A stretch of 64,000 nucleotides of DNA from Planctomycetota bacterium (GTDB lineage: Bacteria; Planctomycetota; UBA8742; UBA2392), in NCBI GenBank assembly GCA_016722065.1, contig JADKGX010000001.1, positions 1,036,951-1,100,950 of the forward strand, in the 5' to 3' direction. The notes under the pieces were generated by a model that was not told the DNA's origin, ran no database searches, and saw only the letters and a program-made list of their open reading frames with translations. The position numbers were made by a program, and so were the translations under genes. Below, one piece after another: positions 8,609 through 18,789 of the stretch. How positions within the stretch are numbered: the stretch's first letter is position 1; each line of letters opens with the position of its first letter.

Positions 8609-9544
8609 CTATGCCAGCCGGCGAGTCACGACATTGCCCGGGCGCAGGCCGGCGTCGGTGATTTTCTTGACGGCTGCGGCCAGTGCCGGGTCCTCACCAC
8701 GCAGCACTCCCTCCGGCGGTGCGCTGCCATCAGCCTTGGTGATCTTGCCGTTGATGCGCCGCACGAAGTAATTGGCAGCCGTGAACATGCGCTCGAGTGT
8801 CTTTGCGGGCTGGGCCACTTTGACGGGCTGAAACGTGAAGTGAACCTTGCTGACCGGGCCCTTGGCGCTGGCAGCCAGCTTGGTTGGTTCGCCATGCACT
8901 GTAAAGGTGGGCTCGTCACCTACGCTGCCAAACCAGCCAAAGGTGTCGCCGCGGCGCTTCATGCCAAGGCACAGCGCGCAATCAATCACGGCTGCAGCGT
9001 CAAAGCTGCCCGCCACGACCAGCGAGTATGTATCTGCAAATTTGCCCTTCAGGGCGGCCAGTGCCGCGCTGCGCTGTGCGGCCTGTGCGGCGGTTTCCTT
9101 CATGGGCTGCTTGGTACGCTTGAGCAACTTGGCAATGCGGCCGGCAACCATTTCAAACATGCCCAGGTCGTCCTCGGCCAGAGGCTGGCCACTGGGTGGA
9201 AACAGTTCCTGGGCCACCAGCAACTGCACGGGTTCCGGGTGCATGGCTTCTACTTCAAGCCACAGGTCGGCATCCGTGGCGCGGCCAAACAGGTGCACGT
9301 CGGCCAGGCTTTGAAACAGCGATGCGCCAAGAAGCTCGCCCAGTGTTTGTGGCGGTGTGGCAGGCGTGCCATTGGAAATCTGCATGCTGAAGTAGGCGCC
9401 GGCCAGGAACTCTTTGTCCTGGGGCAGCTCGCGAATCGCCGGCAGCAGGTGTGCCTGCTCCTGGCTTGCGGTTTCTTCGCTTGCGAAATCGCCCATCAAG
9501 TCCGGTTGCAGCTCCGGGCCGTCAGGTGTCAGTTCGTTGCTCAT
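8609..9544 (-). CDS. Hypothetical protein
   Basis: 311-aa ORF with coding-like composition and an acidic N-terminus. No motif I can assign confidently; there is only a faint resemblance to ZipA C-terminal-type alpha/beta domains. Confidence 0.5.
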   Translation of the reverse strand: MSNELTPDGPELQPDLMGDFASEETASQEQAHLLPAIRELPQDKEFLAGAYFSMQISNGTPATPPQTLGELLGASLFQSLADVHLFGRATDADLWLEVEAMHPEPVQLLVAQELFPPSGQPLAEDDLGMFEMVAGRIAKLLKRTKQPMKETAAQAAQRSAALAALKGKFADTYSLVVAGSFDAAAVIDCALCLGMKRRGDTFGWFGSVGDEPTFTVHGEPTKLAASAKGPVSKVHFTFQPVKVAQPAKTLERMFTAANYFVRRINGKITKADGSAPPEGVLRGEDPALAAAVKKITDAGLRPGNVVTRRLA

Positions 9545-9688
9545 CGTTCCCCACTTGCGAAACGCTTCTTAAGCCGCCGAAGATAGCAACGTGCGGATCG
9601 ACAGTCAGTTCCCTTTGGCGGGAATGGAAAAGCTGTTGCCTGCCCCGGGGCGATCGCCCCCGCCCATCCATGCGACACAACGCCCGCG

Positions 9689-10768
9689 CTAGGGCGCTTC
9701 CTTCAAGGCGGGCAGCGGATGTTGTCGGCGCTGTTCAATCACTGCCGCAATCTCGGCCCCGAAAATCGCTGCGCCGCGCGAATCCAGGTGCGATCCGTCA
9801 TAGCAGCGCAGCCCTGCCAGCACAGGGTTGTCGGCCCAATGCAGGCAACGGCCCGGCAAGGCCAGCGCCAGCTTGTCCCAGGTTGCGGCCCGGGCGAAAC
9901 GCGATTGCTCCACCTCTGCAACCGCCAGATCCGATGGCATGCGCACGAAAATCACATGGCCGCCGCGGTTTTCCAGTATTTGCACCAGTTCAGCCACGGA
10001 ACGCAGCAGCGCATTGAGCGTCTGGGCATCGGGCATTGAACCGGGCTTGAGAAACTGGTGCGACTCGCTTTCGGCCAGGGCTATGCGGTCGGCAGGCGCC
10101 AGGTCGCCGACAGTAACTTCGTACCAGCGGTCGTCATGCAGACGGCCAGAAATCGGCAGTGCTTCGCCAGACCGGGCGGCGCCAGCCAGTGCGCCGGTGG
10201 CTGCTTGCAGCGGGCTGTGGCCCGATGCCGAACGAACATGCTGGCGCCAAATGGTCGCCGCTGCGGCCTCGGTGTCGGCGTACAGCGCCGGCTGTTCCAG
10301 TTGCGCCAGCACGGCATCTACGTGCGAAGGCGCGCCGCCAAAAAAGTGTGTGGGCAGAACTTCCACCACCACCGTGCCGGCAAAGCCGTCGACTTCCACC
10401 ATGCGACGCAACACCGGCAAGCCCGAACTGAAGGGCGTGCCCAGGTTCGCCACACGCGCGGGCCCAATGCCCAGGGCGGTCGCCACCTGTTGTGTGGATA
10501 CTGCTTCCTGTATGCGCGAGCTGCCAACGAACACCACGTCGGCCTGGCCGCTTTGCACGCGTCGGTATTCGCGCAACCAGTGTTCGTTGGCGGGCGGTTC
10601 TTGCGCGGGGTCCACGCCATGGGCTGCCAGCAGTGCTTCCCAGCCGGCAACCAGGGCAACCGCCACAAGGCACATCAGGGCCGCGCCACGCAGACCGGGC
10701 AGCTGGCGGGACCGCTGGGCCGCAGAAGCAGATGGCTCCGGGCTAGAACTGGAAGTAGATGAAGGCAT
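9689..10768 (-). CDS. Membrane-anchored accessory protein of the MBOAT O-acyltransferase (SGNH/DUF1574/AlgJ-like role inferred)
   Basis: N-terminal TM anchor (AALMCLVAVALVAGWEALLAA). Lies immediately downstream of and overlapping the MBOAT gene. Function is inferred from position only. Alternative start at 10675. Confidence 0.4.
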   Translation of the reverse strand: MPSSTSSSSPEPSASAAQRSRQLPGLRGAALMCLVAVALVAGWEALLAAHGVDPAQEPPANEHWLREYRRVQSGQADVVFVGSSRIQEAVSTQQVATALGIGPARVANLGTPFSSGLPVLRRMVEVDGFAGTVVVEVLPTHFFGGAPSHVDAVLAQLEQPALYADTEAAAATIWRQHVRSASGHSPLQAATGALAGAARSGEALPISGRLHDDRWYEVTVGDLAPADRIALAESESHQFLKPGSMPDAQTLNALLRSVAELVQILENRGGHVIFVRMPSDLAVAEVEQSRFARAATWDKLALALPGRCLHWADNPVLAGLRCYDGSHLDSRGAAIFGAEIAAVIEQRRQHPLPALKEAP

Positions 10769-12167
10769 TGCCCCCTCCCCCGGATGTCAACACCAGCGCC
10801 AGCATGACACCTGCCACCGCTGCGGTTGCCAACCAACCCGCGCGCGCAGACACGTCTTCCCATTTACGCTGGCGCATCAGGCCATGCACAAGCACCAGGG
10901 CCGCAATCGCCAGCGTTGAGGTCAAGGTCAGGCGGCGCGAAACCTCCGTTGTGAACAACGCCTGGCCCATGCCGAACATCGAGCGCAAAAAGCCCAGCGC
11001 CTGGCCCATGTCGCGTGCGCGAAAGAAGGCATAGCCCACACAGGCACCCTGAAACGTCAGCACAATCGCCACCGCCCGCGCCAGCCGCGACCGATGCAGC
11101 AGCCCGGAAAGCCATGCGATTTGAAAGCGTCGTTCCAGCGACAGATAGACACCGTTCAGCCCGCCCCAGGCCACGTAGGTCCAGTTTGCGCCATGCCACA
11201 GGCCCCCCAACAGCATGGTTAACGTCAGGTTCAGGTACGTGCGCAAGCGGCCTTTGCGATTGCCGCCCAAGGAGATGTAAAGGTAATCACGCAGCCAACT
11301 GGACAGGCTCATGTGCCAGCGGCGCCAGTGGTCTGTGAATCCGATCGAGCCAAAGGGCGCATGAAAGTTGTCGGGCAGCGTAAACCCCAGCGCCAGCGCC
11401 AGCCCGATGGCCATGTCGGAATAGCCACTGAAGTCGCAATAGACCTGCCCGGCAAAGGCCCACACCGAAAACCACGCGTCCAGAAAACTGGGGGCCGAGG
11501 GCAAAGAAAATCCCGCATTCACCGCCGGGGCAAAGATCTGGTCGGCCAGCCACACCTTCTTGAACAGGCCCAGCACAAACAGAATCGCCCCCCAGCCAAT
11601 CTGGTTGCCGGTGGCCTGGCGCGGGGCTTTAAGCTGGGGCAGAAACTCGCTGGCACGCACAATCGGGCCAGCCACAAGCTGCGGAAAGAAGGTCACGAAA
11701 AGCGCAAAATCAAGCAGGTTGCGTTCCGGTTCCAGCTTTCTGCGATACAGGTCGATTGTGTAGCTGAGTGTTTGAAACGTGTAGAAGCTGATACCCACCG
11801 GCAACACGATGTTCCAGGGCATCAACTGCAGTTCCCAGCCCATGGCGTGGGCCGCGGCCAGAAAGTTCTCGCTGAAGAAATTGGCGTACTTGAACACCGC
11901 CAGCACGCCCAGGTTGCCCGCCAGGCTTGCCACCAGCAGGGCCTTGCGCCGCCCGGCCGCTTGTGTGCGGGCCAGCAGCAACCCCACGCCGTAATCCAGT
12001 GCCACGGAACCCAGCAACAGCGCTACAAAAGGCGGGTTCCAGGCCGCGTAGAACGCAATGCTGGCCGCCAGCAGGATCGCCTTGCGCGCAGTCCATGGCA
12101 AACCCGCACGGCAGGCCGCGAACACCAGCGCAAAGAAAAGCACAAACACAGGCGAAGTGAAAAGCAT
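10743..12167 (-). CDS. MBOAT-family membrane-bound O-acyltransferase (AlgI/DltB-like)
   Basis: Polytopic 474-aa protein with the conserved MBOAT His region (FTDHWRRWHMSLSSWLRDYLYISLGGNRKG ... LLGGLWHGANWTYVAWG). Confidence 0.85.
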   Translation of the reverse strand: MLFTSPVFVLFFALVFAACRAGLPWTARKAILLAASIAFYAAWNPPFVALLLGSVALDYGVGLLLARTQAAGRRKALLVASLAGNLGVLAVFKYANFFSENFLAAAHAMGWELQLMPWNIVLPVGISFYTFQTLSYTIDLYRRKLEPERNLLDFALFVTFFPQLVAGPIVRASEFLPQLKAPRQATGNQIGWGAILFVLGLFKKVWLADQIFAPAVNAGFSLPSAPSFLDAWFSVWAFAGQVYCDFSGYSDMAIGLALALGFTLPDNFHAPFGSIGFTDHWRRWHMSLSSWLRDYLYISLGGNRKGRLRTYLNLTLTMLLGGLWHGANWTYVAWGGLNGVYLSLERRFQIAWLSGLLHRSRLARAVAIVLTFQGACVGYAFFRARDMGQALGFLRSMFGMGQALFTTEVSRRLTLTSTLAIAALVLVHGLMRQRKWEDVSARAGWLATAAVAGVMLALVLTSGGGGNAFIYFQF

Positions 12168-12179
12168 CGGGTGCCCGAA

Positions 12180-13301
12180 CTATAGTTTCGCCCCGGCTGC
12201 GGCATGAGTGCCCAGTACCTCCAGCCACTGGCGGCCCACCTGAGGCAGCGTGAAATGCTGCTGGGCATACACTTTGCCGGCGCGACCCAGGGCGACCTGG
12301 CGAGGCGCATCAGACAACAGCTCGCGCAAACCCTGGGCCAGGGCTGATGCCGTGGGTTCACAGGCTTCAACGGCACCGGCTTGCGCCATCTCGGGGGTCA
12401 ACAGGGCACGGGGGCTGGCCAGCACGGCAAGGCCGGCCGCTGCGGCCTCGGCAATCACCATGCCGAAGTTCTCAAAGCCCGTGGCAGGGTGCACCAGAAT
12501 GCCCCCGGGGGCGGCCAGCTCGCGCAGTTGTGCCGGGCTTAGAATGCCGTGCACGCGCAGCACGCCAGCCTGGATCAAGGGCGCGGCCAGTTGCCTCACC
12601 TGGCGGGCATAGGCGTCGTCGCTGACGGCACCGGCAAATTCGGCCGTGAAGTCCACGCCTTGGCCGTGCAAGGCCAACAGTGCCTGCACCAATTCCAGCA
12701 CACCTTTGCGCGGGTGCCAGCGGTTCAGGCACAGCACGCGGCGGGCCGGGCGCGGGTCCGCGGCCTGGTACCAGGCCGGCTCCACGGGGTTGGGTACCAC
12801 CCCGGATGGCAGGGTCGACCGGCGCGCCGTGGCGCTGGATCGGGCGGCGTCGGCCTGGGTGGAAAACAGCAACCGGGCGGCACGCACGCGGCGGGCCTCG
12901 CCTTGCACCCAGCGCAGTCGCTTGCGCCAGCGGTGGTGGGCCACGGCGTCGGGGTCCAGCATGCCGTGCGGCACAAGCCAGGCCGGCACACCCGCAGCCA
13001 CGGCGGCATCAATGGCATAGCGCGTAGGCGAAAGCCACAGCGTGTGCGCAATCACGGCTGTGTAGTCGCCCGCGTGGCTTGCAAGCCAGCGGCGCAATTC
13101 ACGGCTGGCGCGCGTCAGGCGCGGCGCAGTCGGTGCAAACACATGTATTGCCATGTCGGGCAATGGCGGCTGGGGCTGTCCCACCACGGCGCATTCGGCC
13201 TGTATGCCGGCAGCGGCCATCGCGCCAAGGGCGCTTACCAAGGCGCTGCGAATACCCCCCTGGGTGGAATCCAGGCTGGGTATCACGTGCAGCACCCTCA
13301 T
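12180..13301 (-). CDS. Glycosyltransferase family 4 (GT-B fold)
   Basis: N-terminus MRVLHVIPSLDSTQGGI. C-terminal GT1-type motif (HPATGFENFGMVIAEAAAAGLAVLAS). Confidence 0.75.
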   Translation of the reverse strand: MRVLHVIPSLDSTQGGIRSALVSALGAMAAAGIQAECAVVGQPQPPLPDMAIHVFAPTAPRLTRASRELRRWLASHAGDYTAVIAHTLWLSPTRYAIDAAVAAGVPAWLVPHGMLDPDAVAHHRWRKRLRWVQGEARRVRAARLLFSTQADAARSSATARRSTLPSGVVPNPVEPAWYQAADPRPARRVLCLNRWHPRKGVLELVQALLALHGQGVDFTAEFAGAVSDDAYARQVRQLAAPLIQAGVLRVHGILSPAQLRELAAPGGILVHPATGFENFGMVIAEAAAAGLAVLASPRALLTPEMAQAGAVEACEPTASALAQGLRELLSDAPRQVALGRAGKVYAQQHFTLPQVGRQWLEVLGTHAAAGAKL

Positions 13302-14854
13302 GTCTTCATGCGCTGTGCGGCTTCGCGATCAAGTCGCGCAAACCCCAGCAACGCCCCCACACAGGACCAGAACACCAGCAGCATGGTGCCGTTTTCAAGA
13401 ATCGGAAAAGCCTTCAGCAGGTACCAAGAAATCTGGCCGCACAGATACACCCACAACGCAAAACGCAGCGGGGCATAGCGCATGTTGCGGTTCTCAAAGG
13501 CAATCAGGAACAGGCCGATAAACAGCCAGGCCATCAGAAAGCCGCCCACAATCAAGCCGAAGTCCCCAAAGCTGTAGCGAATCAGCGCCCCGCCCCATTC
13601 CACCCACTCGGCGCCCGGCGAAGGCTTGCCCACGAGCGACATCACGCGCCCGGCCGCGCCGGCGGTGCCCGTGCCGTGCCCCAACAGGCCGGCGTTGACG
13701 GAAAGCGGCGCCGCCACGGCGTAGTCCACTCGTTCCTGCACCACGGCGGGGCTCATTGCCGTCCAGAACGCCGTCGTGCGTGGCGCCCCCATGGTGCTGA
13801 CCAGCAGCGCCCCCAGCAGCACGCCCACCACACCCCCGGCCAGCAGGCCGCCGCGCATGCGCAGTTCAGGCCGCACCAGCGGGCCCAAGGGTTGGGCATA
13901 GAAGCGCGAAAACGCCAACGGGAACATCGCAATCACGCCGCAAATGATCAGCGAAAGGCCGGTGCGAATGCCCGAAAGATACGCCCCTGAAATCGCGCAG
14001 TAACCGCACAGCCACAGCAGCAGGGACTGGCGGCGCTCCTGCCCCACCTTGATAAGCCCCACTACCATGCAGAACTGGCACAGGCAGATCAGCGCATACA
14101 GCGTGGGAGTTGCAAAGAAGGATTCGTTGTAGCCCAGCACTTCGCCGGATTCGAGCGTGCGTTCACCAAAGAAGGCCCGGTCGGTCAGAAAGCCGGGCAG
14201 CATGTCGCGAAAGTCGTTCTGCAGCAGCGCCAGCACCAGAAACGGTATCGCCAGGTACACAATCCGCCGCAGCCAGACCACGGATTCTTCGCCGTCGCGC
14301 ACAGACGCATAGACCAGCAGGGTCAGGGGCACGTACACCGACCAGGTGCGCAGACCCGAAATCGCCACCAGCAGGTGGGGCACGTCGGGGTTGAACATTT
14401 CCATCACCACAAAACCCAGCCACAGCAGCACGGGCGCAACCACCTTGACCTTGAAATCGGGCGCCAGGGCAACACGCCCGGCCTTGCGGCCCAGAAAGTA
14501 GGAGCAATAGGCCCCCAGGGCCACCAGGTCTTTCACCACGGGCACCCAGCCGGGCAGGCCGGTTAAGGCTTTGCGCACAGAGTCTTCGGTCAGGGCCAGC
14601 ATCAGCAACAGGAACAAACCGCGGCGCCAGTCCAGAAATGCAATCACGACGCTGCTGGCCAGCACCGCCCCGCCTGCACCCAAAATGGCGCCGGTGACCA
14701 TGTCTTCGCGGTTCAACGAAGCGCCCAACCCGGCGCAAAGCAGGGCAAAACCAAACATGCCCAAGAGCACACCACGCATGCGAATGGGTAAAATGGCTTG
14801 CTTTTGCAAGCCCCCATGTTGGGCGATTCCAAATCTGGCTGTAGTTGTTGTCAT
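13298..14854 (-). CDS. O-antigen ligase/polymerase-like (Wzy_C-type) polytopic membrane protein
   Basis: More than 10 predicted TM helices. A large loop carries LLGHGTGTAGAAGR followed by EWVEWGGALIRYSFGDFGLIVGG, resembling Wzy/WaaL/O-OTase family loops. ATG preceded by GGGAAGGA. Confidence 0.5.
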   Translation of the reverse strand: MTTTTARFGIAQHGGLQKQAILPIRMRGVLLGMFGFALLCAGLGASLNREDMVTGAILGAGGAVLASSVVIAFLDWRRGLFLLLMLALTEDSVRKALTGLPGWVPVVKDLVALGAYCSYFLGRKAGRVALAPDFKVKVVAPVLLWLGFVVMEMFNPDVPHLLVAISGLRTWSVYVPLTLLVYASVRDGEESVVWLRRIVYLAIPFLVLALLQNDFRDMLPGFLTDRAFFGERTLESGEVLGYNESFFATPTLYALICLCQFCMVVGLIKVGQERRQSLLLWLCGYCAISGAYLSGIRTGLSLIICGVIAMFPLAFSRFYAQPLGPLVRPELRMRGGLLAGGVVGVLLGALLVSTMGAPRTTAFWTAMSPAVVQERVDYAVAAPLSVNAGLLGHGTGTAGAAGRVMSLVGKPSPGAEWVEWGGALIRYSFGDFGLIVGGFLMAWLFIGLFLIAFENRNMRYAPLRFALWVYLCGQISWYLLKAFPILENGTMLLVFWSCVGALLGFARLDREAAQRMKT

Positions 14855-14862
14855 TCCTTCCC

Positions 14863-14891
14863 TTGAGTGTACGGCATTTCCTGCCGATAAT
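14863..14891 (+). promoter_or_regulatory. Sigma-70-like promoter of the PCP-Wza-UXS operon
   Basis: TTGAGT (14863-14868), 17-nt spacer, GATAAT (14886-14891). About 70 nt upstream of GTG 14961. Confidence 0.5.
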
Positions 14892-14960
14892 GGAGTCTTG
14901 GCCCACAGTTCGGGCCAAACACCCCCGGGCCGGTAAACGCCACCCGGGCAGGAAGGCGAC

Positions 14961-17072
14961 GTGACAGAAGCGCTGGAAGTTGTGGTCTCTGATGTTCGCC
15001 GCTATGCGGCGGCGGGTGACTTCACGTCCGCCCGCAAACGGCTGGCCGAACACATGGAAGCCTACCCCAACGGCCCGGTGGCCCAACTGAATGAACACCG
15101 CCGAACGCTGGAAGTACTGGAGTCACTGGAAGTCGTGCGCCAATTGTTGCGCGACGGAAAGACGGCTTCGGCCGCCCGTGCCGCGGAAGGCATTCGAGAC
15201 GCCCTGAACAGCACCGAATACGCCCAACTGGGCATTCTGGGCGCCGCGCTGGCGCTGCTGGGTCGTGCCAGCGACTTGGCCCGAAGGGCCGAATCCGGCG
15301 AACGCTCGCCCATGCTTGGCGAGGAACTTGGCGCCTTTGTTGAATACCTCAGCAGTGAACTGAACCACCTGCAAACCGAGCAAGTAGATCGCCGGCTGCA
15401 ACGCGTGCTGCAACCCGCGCAAACCGCAGACGCTGCCGCAACCGCCACACTGGGCGACCTGCTTTCGCGCCGCCCCTGGCGCACCAACCTGCTGCCCACG
15501 GTTTCCCAGAAGGCAACCCGCACCCAGGCCGAACCCGAGCCCCAAAGCCAGGCCCAGCCCGCAGACCCGGTGCAGGCCGCAGCATCTGGAACCAGCCCCG
15601 TGATCGGGCGCATCCTGATTGCCCAGGAACAAACCGAACGCATTGCGCCGGTTGTGCAGCCGCAAACCGCCACAGGAAGCGCGGATACGTTTGACCTGGT
15701 CGGGCGCGCGGCCTTGCGTTATTGGCATATCGTGGCCGGTTGTGCCGTGATCGCCGCGGCCATTGGCTATCTGGCCGTGCTGTCGGCACCCCAGAAGTAC
15801 CAGTCCAGTTCGTTGCTGCAGAAAACCCCGCAATCGCGTCTGCGCGCGCCCATTACGGGCAACAGCGAAGACTACGTGACCTCGCTGCCCAGCCAGACTG
15901 TGCTGCAACTGGCAACGCTGGACCCGTTTCGCGAACGCGTCTCGCGGCGCCTGACCGACATTGGCTGGACAGAAAGCGGCAAGCCCGACCCCAACACGCG
16001 CATCCCGATTACGCGCGAAGAAGTGGCGGGTGCGTTAACGGTCAATGTCGATAACACCGGCGGCGGCATTTTCTCGATTCGCTTCACCGCCGTTTCACGC
16101 GACCGGGCCACAGCCCAGGCGATTGCCGGCGCAGCCGCCGAGGAATTCCGGCAGCTTCACTATGAACACATGACGCGCGAGGCCGGGGCCAACCTGGCCG
16201 ACTATGAGAAGCGGCAAAAAGACATTCTTGCCCAGTTGGACAAACTGTATCAGCGTCGCCTGCAGGAGTTCGCAGTCGAGAACACTGATTCCGTGGGTGT
16301 TACGCTGAAGGATCGCATTGACCAGATTATTCTGGAGTTGCGCAACGCCCGCACCCAGCACGACAGCCTTGCGCTGCAACTGACCGCCGCACGCCAGGCC
16401 GAACAATCCCTGGCCGAAATCGCCCTGCGCATACCGCCCTACGAGGAATTAGCACCTGATGCCAAGCTGCTGGCCCTGCACCGCCTGCAGGCCGACATGG
16501 AAAAGGACCTGTTTGATCTGTTGCGCAAACGCAGCGATTTGGGGCCCGAACACCCCATGCAGCGCCGTATCCGCGACCTGCAGGAAGACCTGAATCTGGT
16601 CGAGAAAGAAATCGAAGAACTCGAACGCACCAACGCCGCGGATGTTGACAAGCGCAAGGTCAGCCCTTTGCGCGCCGCGGCCGACAGCCGCGTGGCTGAA
16701 GCCAAGGCCGCATCGGCGCTGTTGCAGCTTCAGTTTGACGCCGTGGGCAAGGATGTGCCCAAGCTGGAGGGCGGACTTTCCAGGTTGCGTGAACAATACC
16801 TCGCCAGCGAAACCCTGCGCCGTGACGAAACCAGCCTGGTCGCCCAGAAAGAACGCAACGAAGTGATCCTGGAGGAACTCTCGGCTGTCAGCAAAGGCGC
16901 CGAGCGCGAATTGACGCTGCTTTCCCCGGCTTCGCAGTCTCAGCCCGTGCCGCGCCAGGAACTGGTGGGCATTGCCATTGGCCTGATTGCCGGGCTGATT
17001 ATCGGCATTGGCATTGCCGTGGCCCTGCTGCGCCGCCGCCAACTGGATGAAGCGGAGTTTGCCACGGCATGA
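14961..17072 (+). CDS. Polysaccharide co-polymerase (Wzz/GumC-type chain-length determinant), no tyrosine-kinase domain
   Basis: GTG start preceded by GGAAGG. Wzz-like TM1 region (YWHIVAGCAVIAAAIGYLAVLSAPQKYQSSSLL), long coiled-coil periplasmic region, C-terminal TM (LVGIAIGLIAGLIIGIGIAVALL). No Walker A motif seen. Unusual ~240-aa N-terminal extension. Confidence 0.7.
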   Translation: MTEALEVVVSDVRRYAAAGDFTSARKRLAEHMEAYPNGPVAQLNEHRRTLEVLESLEVVRQLLRDGKTASAARAAEGIRDALNSTEYAQLGILGAALALLGRASDLARRAESGERSPMLGEELGAFVEYLSSELNHLQTEQVDRRLQRVLQPAQTADAAATATLGDLLSRRPWRTNLLPTVSQKATRTQAEPEPQSQAQPADPVQAAASGTSPVIGRILIAQEQTERIAPVVQPQTATGSADTFDLVGRAALRYWHIVAGCAVIAAAIGYLAVLSAPQKYQSSSLLQKTPQSRLRAPITGNSEDYVTSLPSQTVLQLATLDPFRERVSRRLTDIGWTESGKPDPNTRIPITREEVAGALTVNVDNTGGGIFSIRFTAVSRDRATAQAIAGAAAEEFRQLHYEHMTREAGANLADYEKRQKDILAQLDKLYQRRLQEFAVENTDSVGVTLKDRIDQIILELRNARTQHDSLALQLTAARQAEQSLAEIALRIPPYEELAPDAKLLALHRLQADMEKDLFDLLRKRSDLGPEHPMQRRIRDLQEDLNLVEKEIEELERTNAADVDKRKVSPLRAAADSRVAEAKAASALLQLQFDAVGKDVPKLEGGLSRLREQYLASETLRRDETSLVAQKERNEVILEELSAVSKGAERELTLLSPASQSQPVPRQELVGIAIGLIAGLIIGIGIAVALLRRRQLDEAEFATA

Positions 17073-17833
17073 CCAAACCGCGAATCTTGTGCTGGTTGAT
17101 TCTTCCCCTGTTGCTGGCCGCGGCCTGCGCCGGCCCGGCCAAGTACACCGACGTCACCACGCTGAAAGAACTTCCCAAGGACACCTACGTTTATCGCATT
17201 GCGCCAGGCGACGAAGTGCGCGTCGAGATTCTGCAGGACCCTGATTACAACCACGAAACCACCGTGCTGCCCGACGGCACGGCGTCCTTTCGCTGGATTG
17301 GCGAAGTCGACATGTACAACCACACCCTGTCAGAAGCGCGCGAGTTGTTGCGCACCAAGCTCAAGCCCTACTACACCAACCCCACCATGTCGCTGCAGCT
17401 CAAGCGCTCCAATGGCCCCGACCCGATTGTGTTCCTGGGCAACTTCGGTGGCAGTACCAGCACCGGCAGCACGCCCCAGGTCAACAGCGGCGGCCTGATT
17501 GCCTACCGCAAGGGTATGGGAGTGATGGAAGCCGTGGCCCGCGCAGGTGGTATTGGCGAACCCGATATCGACGTTGCCCCCTACCTGTTTGTCGTGCGCA
17601 ACATCAAGTCGCTCAAGGATCGCCAGGTGTTCCGCTTTGACCTGGCTGAAGCCGTGCGTGGCGGCTCGCCGGACCTGCCTTTGCACCCCGGCGACGTGAT
17701 GTTTATTGACCAGTCCTGGTTACAGGACCTCAGCCGCGCGCTGGGTTATGTAACCACGGTGGTCAGTTCCAGCACCCAGGGCATCGGCACGGCCTTGTTG
17801 ATTGACACCGTATCTGACCGGGCCCGCAACTGA
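17069..17833 (+). CDS. Polysaccharide export lipoprotein (Wza/Poly_export + SLBB-like)
   Basis: ATGA overlap with the PCP gene. Lipobox LLLAAC. Motif [39 protein letters not shown] is typical of the Poly_export domain. Confidence 0.75.
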   Translation: MTKPRILCWLILPLLLAAACAGPAKYTDVTTLKELPKDTYVYRIAPGDEVRVEILQDPDYNHETTVLPDGTASFRWIGEVDMYNHTLSEARELLRTKLKPYYTNPTMSLQLKRSNGPDPIVFLGNFGGSTSTGSTPQVNSGGLIAYRKGMGVMEAVARAGGIGEPDIDVAPYLFVVRNIKSLKDRQVFRFDLAEAVRGGSPDLPLHPGDVMFIDQSWLQDLSRALGYVTTVVSSSTQGIGTALLIDTVSDRARN

Positions 17834-18789
17834 TGGGCCGCGTGCTGGTTAGCGGCGGCGCGGGTTTTCTGGGCAGCCACTTGTGCGACGCGCTGCTGGC
17901 TGCCGGCCACGAAGTAACCGCGATTGACGACTTGAGCACCGGCACCCGGGCCAACTTGCAGGCAGCTGGCGCGCATGCCCGCTTTCACTTTGAACAAGCC
18001 GACGTCCTGCAACCCCTGTGCGGGCAGTACGACCGCCTGTATCACCTGGCTTGTCCCGCCAGCCCAGCACAATACCGGCGCGACCCCGTGCGCACCCTGA
18101 AAGTTGCTGTCACCGGCACGCTGCATGCGCTGGAGTTGGCCGCGCAAACCGGCGCCAGGCTGCTGCTGGCAAGCACCAGCGAAGTGTACGGCGACCCGCT
18201 GATTCACCCGCAACCCGAAAGCTACTTCGGCAATGTCGACACCCAGGGCACCCGGGCCTGCTACGACGAAGGCAAGCGCGCCGCCGAAACCCTGGTGGCC
18301 GACTTTGTTCGCACGCGCCGGGTCGATGCCCGCACTGCGCGCATCTTCAACACCTATGGCCCGCGCATGGCCCTGGCCGACGGGCGCGTGGTCACCAACT
18401 TCATTGTCGCGGCACTGCAGGGCAAGCCTCTGCAACTTACCGGCGGCGGCGGCCAGGGCCGCAGCTTCTGTTATGTCGATGACTTGATTGCCGGCCTGAC
18501 AGGCTTGATGGAAACCCATTCTGCCCACGCCAGCGCGCCGACCAACCTGGGCATGCCGCAGCAGATTTCCGTGCGCGAGCTGGCCCACTTGGTGATCCGC
18601 CTGACCGGCTCGAAGTCAACACTGGCCGACACACCCGGCGAAGCAGGCGACCCCGCGCGCCGTTGCCCGGATATCAGCCGGGCACGGGCGATGTTCGGCT
18701 TTGATCCGAAAACCGGGCTCGAGCAAGGCCTGCTGCGCACAATCGACTACGCCCGCGGCGCTTTGGCCTCTGCGGCAACCGTGCGGTAA
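17833..18789 (+). CDS. uxs: UDP-glucuronate decarboxylase (UDP-xylose synthase), SDR family
   Basis: [65 protein letters not shown] and DGRVVTNFI are all characteristic of UXS. Confidence 0.85.
   Translation: MGRVLVSGGAGFLGSHLCDALLAAGHEVTAIDDLSTGTRANLQAAGAHARFHFEQADVLQPLCGQYDRLYHLACPASPAQYRRDPVRTLKVAVTGTLHALELAAQTGARLLLASTSEVYGDPLIHPQPESYFGNVDTQGTRACYDEGKRAAETLVADFVRTRRVDARTARIFNTYGPRMALADGRVVTNFIVAALQGKPLQLTGGGGQGRSFCYVDDLIAGLTGLMETHSAHASAPTNLGMPQQISVRELAHLVIRLTGSKSTLADTPGEAGDPARRCPDISRARAMFGFDPKTGLEQGLLRTIDYARGALASAATVR

Noticed and set aside
8609-9544. Possible ZipA-like FtsZ-binding domain in the 311-aa hypothetical protein
   Set aside because: The resemblance is limited to a vague alpha/beta pattern near the C-terminus. 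There is no N-terminal membrane anchor or Pro/Gln-rich linker, so it is left as hypothetical.
9647-9660. GGGGCGATCGCCCC palindrome (HIP1-like GCGATCGC core)
   Set aside because: I noticed only this one occurrence in the window, so there is no sign of a dispersed repeat family. It may contribute to a weak hairpin after the 9689 gene, but no T-tract follows.
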